NCBI GenBank assembly: GCA_977018835.1
Contig: OZ361256.1
Coordinates: 248,001 to 312,000 of the forward strand
Origin: Minutocellus sp. GHC0000111
Taxonomy: Eukaryota
Length of the DNA: 64,000 bases
Direction of reading: 5' to 3'
The position numbers and the translations under genes were made by a program. Numbering within the stretch: position 1 is the first letter of the stretch; each line of letters begins with the position of its first letter. Under the pieces are notes generated by a model, which saw only the letters and a list, made by a program, of their open reading frames with translations, did not search any database and was not told where the DNA came from. Below are positions 13,001 to 25,567 of this stretch, one piece after another.

Positions 13001-13536
13001 GTCGGAGAAAGCAGCAGACTTAGGAGTGAAGTGGCCTCGACGACCGCCGCCTGCAACTGTTGCTGCCGCTGATCGACGGCGCCTCCGAGAAGCTCACCAA
13101 CCAAACGGTCGTATGGACCCCGTAGCGTACCAGTATCTGTGGGTCCTTTCCTCAATGCCATTGCGCCGTCATTCTCAACGCTGTTGGCACTACTAATAAT
13201 ACTATTTTCGGCGACGACGGATACGCGGCACGTCCACGCTCGGTACACCCTCTGGATGTTCTTCGCGGCGCCGTTCCTCCGGGCCACCTCCCTCCTCTGC
13301 TCCCGCTGAATGCGGGCCTGCTCCAGCAGCTGCGATTTGCGGTCGGGGATCCCCGTGATGGAGGAGGTCGTTCCGACCGTGGAAGTCGTGCCGGATGATA
13401 AGAATGACGACGATGGACCGCCGCTTCGGCCAGAGCGGCCTCGGGCCACTCCGCCGCCGACGGTGCGGCGGGAGCGGCTGCCTCCGCCTCCTCCCAGATT
13501 CTGGGGACGGCGGACGCGGTGGTTGCCGTCGAACAT
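10065..13536 (-). pseudogene. UBE3B/UBE3C-like HECT E3 ubiquitin ligase, frameshifted and 3'-truncated
   Basis: N-terminal MFDG...EQRR..R..AAKNIQRVYR (IQ motif). Also PQALPFDRRV, IRRDHLYDD, EAGIDGGGVFKEF, YEFVGRVLGKSVYE. Frameshift at the C8 run 12863-12870. Homology stops at NTLD (about 10086); the rest of the HECT domain, including the catalytic Cys lobe, is absent. Confidence 0.85.
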
Positions 13537-13785
13537 GGTGGTCGAGTTGCCGAACTTATTGGGCGTCTCGTCAAGTCAAGTCATGCACCCTCTCTGACGT
13601 TCTGCGCAGTCCAGTTCGCCGCAGAGTTCGGCATACCGGACTGTTTTGACTGTGGTCTTTTCGTCGGCCGCCGGCGAATGAGCATGATTGCGCCGATGAA
13701 CCGTAGATGCCACCACTGCGATGAGCATGAGATACCCGTACCGTCCTACCGCCTAACTAAGCTCCCTCTTGACTCACCTATCGCC

Positions 13786-15096
13786 ATGATGCGGCGGCTT
13801 TCACTGTTGTTCTTCTCGTTCGTACTGGGCCACGCCGCTTCCACCAGCACTGCCGGCATCGGCGGCACCCCGCCCTTGGCAGGAATTCGTCTGCCCCGTG
13901 GGGGAAGTACGAGTAGCATGAGCCAATTCCTCGAGGAGCAAGCGGCGGTAGATGCGTCCAGCGTCGTGCATCCGCCGCTGTCGGCGGAGGAGATTGGTGA
14001 TTCTCTGCGTGACGTTCCATTGTACTACATCGAGCGCAAAGATACCGGTGGCATACTGGTGGCGGGTTCAGCAGAGGAAGGCAAATCTACCAGGACGAGT
14101 GCTGCTAGTGCTGCCAGGCCCACCGATCGCGACAGTGGCCGGAGGACACGGCAACGGCAGCAACCGACGACGAGGAGGCAAAATGCATGTTACTTCTTCC
14201 TGGAGAAGGAGGCCGCGCAGGCAAATCTGGAGCAGGTTGTCCGTGGAGACAACAATCAAAATGACGGAGGTCGTCAAGGTCAAACGCAGCAGCAATTGCA
14301 AATATCGACGACAAGACTTTCGCAGTTGCACGAAAAGTTTTGGCCGAAGAACAACAACAACAAACAAGACGAGATGGATGACGAGGTGGACTTTCGTCTA
14401 GTGGCCATCCATCAGGAGCTGCTACGAGCTCGTTTTCTGCTAACGGTGACGGAACGAGATGTGCGGAGACAGCTCAGCGACGAGTAGGGTCAGCGTCTCC
14501 TTGCCAAGGTCAATGCCCGGCCGAAACGGTTCAAGAGTTCGTACAATGATATTCCCCTGTTTTTGTTTCCTCAACTGAGAATAAAGAGGTCGCGGATAAG
14601 TCCGCGGAGGAAGAGGCCATCTTCGAGATGGCCAAGATTGCTCGTGCCGAGATTACCAGCGCGGCGGAGTACTAGTACGGAATTCGAGAACAATATGGAT
14701 GTGCCGCTCTATTTTACTTTTGATGATATGAAAAGGGACTTGGACAAAGCATCACGTGGGAAAACAGATACTGGGACTTGTATAATTCTCAACCTTGGAG
14801 ACTTATTGCAGCAGATGCGAAAGGAATCGAGGGGATTTGATTATCGAAATATCGCGTTTGTACCTCCCAGGAAGAAAATGACCGGCACGCCTATCTTGTT
14901 GGACGGAGACATCAGCGGAAGCAGCACCGATTTGAACACCGGCAAGAAAAATGCCAAATATGTAGACGGAGGTTCCAGCCATAGAGAAGATGACGGTGGT
15001 TCAGAAGAAGAAGAAGAAGACCGAGTCTTTTGGCTACGACCACGGAGACGGATAAGACAACAAGATTTGGATGCGTTGTTCGGTCCGGATCAATGA
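13786..15096 (+). pseudogene. Tic22-like protein with signal peptide and a premature TAG
   Basis: Motifs LRDVPLY, YFFLEKEAAQANL, DIPLFLFPQL, VPLYFTFDDM, LGDLLQQM...DYRNIAFVPP. In-frame TAG at 14485-14487, after which the frame continues to 15096. Confidence 0.7.
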
Positions 15097-16239
15097 CCTT
15101 TCAATGTCAACTAACCATCACTTCAGCTTTAGCATGTACGATTGCAGAATATCGTGAAGGAGTTGGTATGGGGGGTGATACTTCTCAGTACCGTCCCTGA
15201 TGTTTGAATGTTCCACTTCTAGTGTGACTGCCGCTGCTTGTGTCTATGGCAGGTAGTCAGCACCTACAAATAAATGGGAAGGATGATATACGTCGTATGG
15301 CCGACGGTTTCTGCACCGGCACATCAACGCTGATAATACTGCAGGTCGCACACCCATCATAACAGCAAAGCAATCATACCAGAGATGACGTTGAATCAGG
15401 ACCGGCAGATTCTCGGTGCGTACGCCACCGAGCCGTTTAGATGACGCGAGCTGGAATGGCCTCAAGCTGCGATACCTTGGTGGGCGGGAGGAGGAAGTGA
15501 ACGGACTTTGGTTGCCATGCCGTAGAAAGATGGAAGGGTGATTGGCAATGCAGCCAAAGCTGATGCTGGCTGCCGAGACTGTCGAAAGTAATGATGACGA
15601 TAGAAGATGCAAAAGGAAGCAAGATGCAAATATTTATGTCTTGGTATGCACCGATTTGATATAGAAAAGGTTTCTACTTTATTTGTTTATGCTATATATA
15701 GGAATCATATGTATGCAATACGAAGAAGCAAATGCAATGAAAAGCTTGTCTCGGTTCCTCACGCGACACAATCGGCATGATGACGAATGACTAACGGACC
15801 CGAACGACGAGCGTCGAGAATGCACAAGCTCCTTGTTGCTGAAATAAAATGTAAAATCGCTACGGCCTTGGATACGACAAAGCCCGAACGATGGAGAAGA
15901 CACACTTAAGGGCGCATTATCGATCCATCGTTGATAGAGCTTGAGGGACCTTGTTGGCTGGCGATGACGTGATAACATGAAGGAAAAAGTACGCCGTTGA
16001 ACTAATGGACCGTTGACGACGAATAGCAGTATCGTCGATGGTAGTTAGTGGCGGCGTTGAAAATGATAATACCCTGCAAATGTAGCAAACAAAATACAAA
16101 GAACAATAATGGGTAAGGGGTAAGGGGGGGGGAGTGAAAGCAGTATGATATACGACGTACGCAACAAACTAGGCAGAACGGCCAACGTACCGAACCCGAA
16201 ATAAAAATACTGACCAACTACTATTGGCCGACATGGGGC

Positions 16240-16494
16240 TTACTCCTTCTTGGGGAAGAAATAGACGATGATGGCCATGAAGGCCGAGACGGCCATGCTG
16301 AAGATGAGGGAGAGCATAGCGTGATCATGCTCCTTCTTGACACTCTGAAGAGCGGCGGCCATCTCCTTCGTCTCCTTCTCACGGGTCTTCATCATCTCGT
16401 CAATCTCGTCGAGGGTCTTCGGGGTGGCGACATCCTCGACGGTCTGTGTGCCACGGGTGTTGGTGGCGGGTGACTTCTTGGCGGTGGCGGGCAT
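16240..16494 (-). CDS. Small tail-anchored membrane protein (84 aa)
   Basis: ATG-started ORF with strongly C/G-ending codons, a short coiled coil and one C-terminal TM helix. Confidence 0.65.
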   Translation of the reverse strand: MPATAKKSPATNTRGTQTVEDVATPKTLDEIDEMMKTREKETKEMAAALQSVKKEHDHAMLSLIFSMAVSAFMAIIVYFFPKKE

Positions 16495-16730
16495 GGTTGA
16501 CTAGATCTGATCTGTGCCAAAAAAAAAAGAAGAGAGGAGTGTGGAAAATGATCATCCGGTGAGATGATAATTCGGGGCGAGAGGCGAAGTAGTGGAAAAG
16601 TTCCATCGCGGACCAAAGGCCATCTCGGCCAGGGCGATCCCTGGCTGCGGTGCCATCCAGGCGCCGGCCCCGACGATTACTGAAGTACTACAAGGGATCC
16701 AATTTCACCACAACATGGACTCGGAATGCA

Positions 16731-16770
16731 AACCAACCCACCAACCAACCAACCAACCAACCAACCAACC
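16731..16770. repeat. (AACC)n microsatellite, about 10 units
   Basis: Directly visible. Confidence 0.95.
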
Positions 16771-17198
16771 GAACGAGCCGCGCAGCCAGCCTCTACCTCT
16801 CGTCGGCTGAAGCGGAATGTCTCCCCCGCCACAACTTTTGCTCATCTGTGGCAGTTGGGACTGGTCCAAAAACGCTACGCTCAGGACAGGGCGGTCAAGG
16901 AAGCAATACTGCCGAGCGAATACTCACCGGTTGTTCGACGATGAATGCTGAGCAAATTGTGAGCGATGAACCATGAGCCGCCGCCGGGGCCGTGAAGCAA
17001 ACCGCCAAATTTTCTGCTGACGTCAGCAACACCCCGAAACACGCGGAGACCCTTCGCAACTCGACTGACTCACTCGACTCGACACACTCTTGAAGTTGCC
17101 ACGCGGAAGCGGCAGCAAAGTGCGTCACAAAGTCAAGCCAGCCCAAATCAGCCAACTGGTAGGCCGTGGGAAAAGCAAAGAGGCAGGGTAGCCAAGAA

Positions 17199-18393
17199 AT
17201 GAACAATCCGACAGTACCGGCACCGGCGTCTTGTTGTCGGTGGCCATTGTCGCATGCTCTAGCTGTGGCTCTGACCGCTGCCGTCGTCGCTGTTTGCCAC
17301 GACCATGCTTTCGTCTCTGCCGCTACCGCTGGCGGAGGAGCTCCTCCATCAGTAGGGGCAATGAGGCGGCTCTCATTCAAGCACGATGCAGTCCGACCGG
17401 CCTTGTCGAGCAGGCTGGGCCTTCGCCGCAGAATAGGTAACCCATCGGCAATGTCTGCAGCAAGGGAGCAAATTAGCTCTGCATCATGTATTGAAGTAGG
17501 TGGCACTACTTGCGATAGCAACGCAAAGGTGCCGTCGTCAGTCCCATCGTACCTTCTTTCCGTTCGTGGCGGTGGTCTCGACGAGGATTACTACGACGAC
17601 GAATACGACGAAGACAGCGACTATGATTTCGACGACGACGACTTTGCATTCGATGAGGACGACATGGACGCCGCCGAGGTCGACTTTGGCGACGGCGGGT
17701 TGACCGCGCGACTGCTTGCCGCGTACGAAAAGACACCACCCTTCACCAAGGCCTATCTGACTGCATCGGCAGCAGTCTCGGCCCTCGGGTACATGACGAA
17801 TGGCAACCAGTTTCCCAGCATTTTCTCCTGGACTGGAAGAGCGTTCTGACCAAATTGCAAATATGGCGCCCCTTCACGGCCTTTCTCAACATTGGTCCCA
17901 TGGGCTTGGGGTACGCAATGACTGCGCAATTCGTTTGGACGTACATGGCAACGCTGGAACGGATGAACCATAGCCACCCGTACGATTTTTGGCTCATGAT
18001 ATTCTTCGGATTTGCGTCCATGGTTGCTGGATACTCCTTCCTCAAGATCTCCCACCGACCTTCTTGGGGCACAACTTGTCAACATTCCTCGTTTACGTTT
18101 GGAGCCGATATCACGAGGGGGTGGAGGTTAGCATGTTCGAACTTTTCAATGCCCGGGCCGAAATGTTGCCATGGCTGTTCTTGGCCCAAACGTTCCTCCT
18201 CGAAGGTGTCTTCCCGACGCTGGATTTGCTGGGCATCTTGTTTGGGCACATATATCATCACCTTTGGACGACCAATGCTCTAAAGGCTCCCAAATTTGTC
18301 ATCAACTGGTATAATGGTGACAGCGCGATGGGGACGGCACTTAGAGAGAAGTACAAGAGAATCTCATCTGACTTTGAAATGGAAGGGCAATAA
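17199..18393 (+). pseudogene. Symbiont-type Derlin (sDer1-2-like, SELMA), split by two frameshifts
   Basis: Bipartite leader and acidic tract, then TPPFTKAYL, QIWRPFTAFL, LER...PYDF, FLGHNLSTFLVYVWSR, LPW, GILFGHIYH. These are spread over three frames, with shifts near 17822 (T4) and 18052 (C3). Confidence 0.85.
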
Positions 18394-18918
18394 AGCGATC
18401 GTGGCAGATTGTCTGGTAGGCGATCTAGAATGGCGAACACTTGGGCTGCCTGCCTGCCGAACGAACGAAGCGAAGACATATGTAATGTGGAGTTGCTCCT
18501 GCTACATAGAGTCTAGAACTTTGCTTCGACTATTAACACTTGTATGTAGTGCACTGAAGCATCTACTATTGGTTCCATTTCTTCGACAGGGAGAGTTTGG
18601 CGACTCTGGCCGACCAACCTCATGGGCGGGGAAAGGCCATCCTGCAATATTCTTGTTGCGGCCTGTTTGGCACTGACGTACGCGTACGTACGGCTTGCGC
18701 CGTCGGCGCCATGCATGGCGCGCGGTTTCCGCCAAAAGAGGGAAGCGGCGTACCTAGGTACGAGTTGCTCGTAAGCAACCAGCAAAAGTCCGCCCGGTTT
18801 GCCGTCCACTTTTGCTGGCGTGAGGAACTGACTGCCTTGGATCAGCGGTATTGCAGAGTATCGAAGTGGCGACAGTTGCGCTACGTTCGCCTGGCCTTGC
18901 TTCGCGCATTGACTCTCT

Positions 18919-20019
18919 ATGATGGCGCCGTCGGTTCGCCTGGCATCAGTGACGCACGGGCACGGGTGGTCAAGCCTGTTGGTTTCGATATGCTTGCTAT
19001 CGACGGTCACGCATGCCTACAGCCCCTACGACAGATCTCCGTCAACTGGGTTGCGAGTAATGAGCTATAACATTCATGCATGGAGAGACTGCGACCACAA
19101 GGACAATTTCGATCGCATCGTCGAGGCAGTCCAATTGGTCAATCCAGACATCTGCTGTCTGAACGAGGTACTCCATCCCTTCGTCGCTCCTGGAGGATTG
19201 GAGGGAAGTCAATACTATGAGAACGTAAAAGATGGAAAGGGAAGAGGATTGAAATTGCCGAGTGATCACCTACCAGCGAAAATGGAAGATTCTTTCCTCT
19301 ATAGATTGGCAAAACATACGGGCCTGGACTATCTTGAGTACGGCGCTGCCGATCCGGTTGAATCGTCTTTTGGAAGAGTACCTTTTGGGAACGCGATACT
19401 AAGTCGCTTTCCATTCAAAAGTTGCACGCACGTGCCACTTGAGGTTGAAGATGGGGATGTTGAGCTAGGATACCAGGAGAGAGATATCGTAGACCCTCGG
19501 CAAGCCATTGTCGCCACCATTGATGTTGATGGGAAGAAATTCGGTGTCATTAGTACTCATCTAGACCAAAAGAGCGAGGAGTTACGAGGCAAACAAACGA
19601 TGAAGGTAATCAAAGCTGTGAATCGGATATTATCTTCTGATCACCCCAAAATAATATGCGGGGATTTCAATTCGTTCCGTCGAAAAGATATAGATAGACC
19701 TACTTGGGAAGCCCTTTGTGAGCTGTATAAATCAAGATCGTGGGGACAGCCAAATGAGGTATAGCTTGTACTAGAGGCGCTAGAGAAGGATGGGTATGAA
19801 GACACCTTTACATTTAGCGGGGGGCAATATCCAAAGCCAACATGTTGGACAGATACGCCGGTCATGAGAATAGATCACATGCTCGTCAAGTCCCCGAAGC
19901 CGCGATCTGATGGAAAGCAAAGCAAGCCTCATGACATCAGAGCAACATCTCACCAGCGAGTTGACTTGGATGGGAGTGACCACTTTCCAGTCTTGGTTGA
20001 CTTTGATATTTTAGAATAG
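18919..20019 (+). pseudogene. Endonuclease/exonuclease/phosphatase (EEP) family protein with signal peptide and a premature TAG
   Basis: Motifs VMSYNIH, DICCLNEV, GNAILSRFP, STHLD, ICGDFNS. TAG at 19762-19764, then the same frame gives RIDHM and GSDHFPV before the stop at 20017-20019. Confidence 0.88.
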
Positions 20020-20100
20020 ATCCGACATAACTTCTAAGCTACGCGCAGTTTATAGTGGTTATATTTCTACTGGTGAACTTAGGTCTTAGAAATCTACGAT

Positions 20101-23100
20101 TTACTCCAATTCAAACTCACTTTCACTGCTCGAGCTACTTGAGCTGGAATCGAAAATATCCTTTTCCTGATTCTTAGACACTGATTTGGCCTTCTTAGAA
20201 GGTCGCTTTCTGGTCACCTCTTTGTCGTCTTCATCCTCTGAAGAAGACAAGACAATCACATCGTCGTCGTTGTGATCATCATCATCGATCTTCTTGGAAA
20301 TCTTCTTAGTCTTTGTTCCTTTCTTGGCACCTTTCTTTCGACTTGGCAAGGGCTTCTTTTGCTTCGAGGACTTGTTGCTCTTGCTACTAGTGCTGGCCTT
20401 TCTCTTTTTCTCGGAGGATCTAATCCACCCAGAACTGTCTGCTTGAGCAGGGCTTGGTGTTTTCTTTCCTTTCGCTGTACTAGTAGATGCCTTCTTCTTT
20501 TTCGTACTCGTAGCAGTTGAGGAAGATACCGAAGACTTTCTCGACGCCCTCGCCTTTCGCTTAGGCAAGCGAATGTTGATCACGGGATCTGGGGCATGTA
20601 CGAGGCGCTGTCCTTTCTGCGTCAGACGCAGGTAAGCGTTCGACCCATAGGCGGTGAATACCACTCTAAAATCCATCACACGCTCAAGGACCAGTGTAAT
20701 AAGCACTCGCTCGCATTCGTCCTTGTTTAGATCTGTTCCCGGAGGATAGGCCTTGACGTAAGCCGGAGCATTCTTAGCCCTCCATTGCGTCACCAATTGT
20801 TGCAACGTCAAATTTTCACTGCTCTCGTTGAGTAAGGTGGCAGCTACCTTGGCGTGGCGGCCAACGTCTCTCGTTTCAGTCCGGTCGCATCCATTTCTCA
20901 AGAGACTTTGGAGATCTTCCGCCCCTGGCTCTCCCAAAGCGGTCAAAATAAATTTCTTGCAGAAGGCATCGTCACCATCGGCTTGTGCATACCGCAGCAT
21001 GTAAAAGAATCCATTGCTCCCAGTTGGTCCCTGCTTGCCATGGATCATACCGATTGTCCTGGTTACATCTTTCGTCGAGTAGTACAGGATGCAGTCGGAA
21101 TTTTTTCCATCTCTCCCTGCTCTTCCCGACTCCTGATAGTACCCTTCCATCGACTTGGAAAGGCTGTGGTGGAGAACGAATCGTACGTCCGGCTTGTTGA
21201 TACCTAAGCCGAATGCGATTGTTGCTAGTTGATTATACGTCGCACAGTGAAATAAATGGCATCGAGAAGCGGACCCTCTGTGAGAACAAAGCCAAAAACC
21301 CTTAAGATGGTACTGTACAGGAAAAAGATAAGAATGGAAAAAAATGTGACAGTGCTGCACTCACCAACCACAACTTGAGTCTGATTGCGTTGCCAGCTGC
21401 GCTGGGTCTCGTCTTTTTGTTCTTGTGAAATTTCAGCGTGGTAAGGACGAGCCACGATACCGCCTGCGCAGAGCCTATTGGCCACATCTTGGGCTTCTTT
21501 CCTGGAGAAGCAATAAATGATACCGGCGTTGTTTGGGTGGTGAGTCTTGATAAAATCGATCATATCATCAATCACATTCTGCGCCCCATCAGGTTTCGGT
21601 CTAATAGAGTAATTGAGATTGTTCCGATTGGCCGTGCTTCGAAAGAGCTGATAATTCGTTCCGATGCGAAGAATTCGGGCACAATCTTCCCTAACACGTT
21701 GAGAGGCCGTGGCAGTCACAGCGATGAGTGGAATGTGTGGAAAGTGCATCTTGAGAATGCCAAGCTGCGTGTAGTCGGGCCGAAAATCATGACCCCATTG
21801 GCAGCTAAGAAAGAAGATGGAGGAGGCAAGTGAGATTAAATAAATTCAGAGCATATCATCGATAGAAAATAACAAAACGCAACGTCAATGGCATTTGCTC
21901 ACCAGCAGTGGGCCTCATCGATGACGAATCTACCCAGGCGACCGCTGCTATTCAGTTTCTCGAGCTCTCCTCGGAGTTTGTTGCTTTTGGACACCTTCTC
22001 CGGGGTACAGAAGATAAGGCAAATCCCCCCGTTGGGATTCCGGACCTGATTCCAACGCTGAGTGTGCTCGCTGCTGCCAATACCACTCATGAAGCTGACA
22101 GCAGAACCAGGGACAAAGGCATTCATTTGATCAACCTGGTCCACAATCAAGGACTTTAGTGGAGAAATGACCAAACTAATCTTGCGCTGAGGACCTCTCC
22201 CCTCGATCAAAGCAGGAAGCTGATATGTCAAGCCTATTCATGGGAAAGCGAAGAATGGGACAAACAAGCATAAGAGAAAGACAAAGTGGATGAGATTTGA
22301 CAAACAATCCCATTCCAATAGAAACTCACTCTTTCCTCCACCGGTGCGCATAAGGACCATTACATCGTCCCCGCTCATTGTCGCATTGATGACTTCTTTT
22401 TGGTTCTCGCGGAAGGATTGGATGCGGAAGGTATGACGGAGATGATGATCCATCTCCCGCGACCAGGGGAAAGTATCCCGTGCCAAACGGTGCATGTACG
22501 ATGCATTGCGATCCTCTCTGGTCGGTCGATTTGAATGAGATGAGGCAAAGGACGCCGCTGCTGATGGTGCGTCAAAGGCTGTAGCCGAAGTAGCATGTGC
22601 CAAGACCCCTCCATCTGTGGTAGCGTCTCTTCTTGTGGCAGTTGTTTGTTGTCTCCCGCCGGCCGGACTGCTACTGCCAGTTCGGGCAAAGTAGCTGTCG
22701 AGGGTACCACCACCGCGATTTGATCCTCCCCCACTTGGCACCATCGCCGCAGGAGGATCGGCGTGGTAAACAGTCCCAAGCTCAATGACGTCGCTATCCC
22801 TACTTCCCGGCCGAGCATCGGCGCCAAAAGTGTGGTAATCATTGGTTGTACCAGTAGTGGTGGATTCGAAAGCATGGTCCACCGATGTTCCTGCCGCCGC
22901 CCCTGCAGCAGCATATCCACCGATGTCAAATGTGGAGGCTTGCTCACCACCAGCACCATTGTGCTGGTAATAAAAATCATCCTCGGGAGGTGGCATCCCA
23001 TGCATCCCCTCGGCTTCTTGTTCCTCGTCCTCAAAGTCATCGTAATGGTTGGCAATCATATCCATCTCATCGTCGTTTTGCTGGTGGGCGGATCTACCGG

Positions 23101-24250
23101 CAGTAGAAGTGAATATCCCACCCGTGTGCGGTATCGGCTCCCCCTGCGTTGGCGTGACCGGTTCCGTCAGTACTTCGTCTGGATTCATCGTCAAGGCATT
23201 GCTAGCCCTTCCAAATTTGCCACCGCCGGGTGAAGATGCTGGTGGGTCCGTCAGCATCTCATCCGGTGGGGCCAGGGTGCGACCGTATCCTTGGGGAGAG
23301 GCGAGACCAGCAGTAGCCGTAGCCGTAGCCGTGGTAGCAGCAGTTTGAGTGGCATTGTCCTCCTCCTCCTCTTCATCATCATTCATATCCTGCGTACCGA
23401 CATCCTGCATGGACCCCACATATCCATTACCTGCGTTTGCGGCTGCAGCTGTCTTGCGCGTATCTTGCCGATGATCATGATCAAGATTTTCGTGCACCTC
23501 TTCTCGATCTCCAAAGTCCTGCTCCTGAGGATACGATTGCGACTGCTGGCCCTCGGCCTGGGTCGGTGACAGCTGCGTCGATGCGTACTGCAACGTCTGC
23601 GTCTGGCTGTCAATGTCCGCATCCGATCCCGATCTCCCACCACCACCGCCCCCTCCTCCCTGTCCGGCACCGGCACTTCGCGCCAACCGTCGGACCTGTC
23701 CCTCCACGTCGTCAATGTCTCCATCCAATCCCTGCAGCTCTTCTTCCAGAGTCTTCATCCGCGAACGGATCTTTTGCATCTGATCTCCCAGGTCTTGAAG
23801 GCGCGTCCGCTTGGCATCGCGCTGCGCTTCGAGCGAAGACAGGTGGAGCGTTAGCGATTCCAACCGGGTCTGGGGGTCGTCGGCGGCGGTGCTGTTAGGT
23901 ACTGCTGGCGGTGGCGGTGCCGACGACGACGCACCTCGGCCACTACTGGAGCTCGGCCTCTTCCTCCGCAGACTTGCACCACCACCATTGCCAGCATGAG
24001 CTGCAGACGACGATAACGAGGCCGATCCCGCCGACGACGGACGATTGCCGTTGGTGCTGGCTCTCTGCCTCCGTGCGGCCGTCAGGCTGAGGCTTCGGCT
24101 GGCTGTTGGCTGCTTCCCGATGCGGATGCCCAGCTGGTGGCCGCTGTTGCTGTTGCTGTTGTTTTGGTTGGCCGAATTCGACGACATGCCACCGCCGAAC
24201 GAACGGGAGCGCTTGCTGCCTCCACCACCGGCGGAGGTAGTGGTGGGCAT
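20101..24250 (-). CDS. RecQ DNA helicase, RECQ1-like (exons 24250-22330, 22233-21903, 21804-21365, 21224-20101)
   Basis: Motifs [74 protein letters not shown]. Three GT..AG introns join in frame. Confidence 0.93.
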
Positions 24251-24515
24251 CGCTTCGATGAAGTGAGCCAGAGGGCGAAAGCGAGGAGGGAGCCGTGAGT
24301 CTGCCGAGCTGCCATTTTTCTAAAAGGCCTGCCTTTCGCGATCGCCAGCAGTCGCTCTCATATTTTCTTCTTCTGCCGTGACGTTCGAATGAGTTCCAGC
24401 GAATACTGTTCCGTTCGTGCCGCCCATCACACGGTCCATACCAGTCTCTGACAATCGCGACCGATCGCGTATCTGATCAATTTTAGCCCTCGTGTCCCTT
24501 ATAGAGCAAGCCAAT

Positions 24516-24574
24516 CAACAAACAAACAAACAAACAAACAAACAAACAAACAAACAAACAAACAAACAAACAAC
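24516..24574. repeat. (AAAC)n microsatellite, about 14 units, immediately 5' of the lipocalin ATG
   Basis: Directly visible. Confidence 0.95.
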
Positions 24575-24575
24575 G

Positions 24576-25174
24576 ATGGGAAACAGCCTGACGACCAAAA
24601 CAACACTGCCTCCATGCAGACCATGGCGCACTGCGAAACGGCCAAGTTCATGGGCACATGGTTCGTGATCGGGGTCAAGCCGACGTATCTGGAAACAACG
24701 TGCTCTAACGCCGTGGAGAAGTACACTCTGCTGTCAGACGATGGTCATGGCGGTGGTGCCGATCACGATGTAGACATTGACTTTCAATACAACAACAAGG
24801 AACCCATCACATCCCCTCTCAAATCACTCCCCCAAAAGGGTTGGATCCAGGGCCCCAACAAGGCCGACAGCGGAGAGTGGAAGGTATCGCCCTTTTGGCC
24901 CGTCAAGATGCCCTATCCGATCATTGAGATCGATGACAAACACTATCAATACGTCGTGGTCGGGTACCCTTCCCGTCAATACTGCTGGATCATGAGTCGC
25001 AAGCCAACGATGGAGGAGTCGACGTACAACATGCTCACGGAACGGTTGACGACGAAGCATCAATACGACTTGGAGGGTCTGAGGAAAGTGCCACAGGTTT
25101 GGACCAAGGAAGAGAGAGATCGGAGGGGACTGACCAAGGAGGAACTTCCGGACAAATATCTTTCCACGAAGTGA
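24576..25174 (+). pseudogene. Lipocalin (Blc/ApoD-like); probable 1-nt deletion near 24615
   Basis: FMGTWFVIG and YCWIMSRKP lipocalin motifs in ORF 24614-25174. The upstream ATG 24576 gives MGNSLTTKTTLPP, which needs one extra base to read PPLQTM. A shorter product from ATG 24614 or 24623 remains possible. Confidence 0.7.
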
Positions 25175-25567
25175 CGGGGGGAAGAGAACACGCGGGGGGA
25201 AGAGAAAACACATGCTCGTACACGTAGTCCTCTACATGTAGCTAGATCTATATAGAAGTTATTTGGAGTACATGTATGTACAGAGATCCACAATGCACGT
25301 GTCATGAAGTGTCTTCGCTTTGATCTCCGTGTGTGTCCTTCAATCCTCTCGTTCGGCCGCAGCCGTAGATCTAGCCACAGCAGCGCAGCAGCAGCAGCAG
25401 CAGCAGCAGCGCCCCCCCGCAGCAGCATTTGTCCGTCCGTCCGTCGTCGACCGTGAAGCCATAATTCTTCATTTTTTGCTTTCTGCCTGGCAATATCGGT
25501 CGGCATAACGAGTAGGAAGGTCGTCGTTGGTGCTTGCTTGGCAACATCTCCACATAGCGACCCAACG

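Noticed and set aside
3425..19764. Stop-codon reassignment or programmed readthrough to explain the in-frame TGA/TAG codons
   Set aside because: TAG, TGA and TAA all end other genes normally here (e.g. TAF1 TAG, 5064 TGA, PGR5 TAA), and the stops co-occur with frameshifts and deletions.
19759..19776. 18-nt GT..AG micro-intron that would remove the EEP stop in frame
   Set aside because: All introns resolved in this window are about 95-215 nt; a nonsense substitution is simpler.
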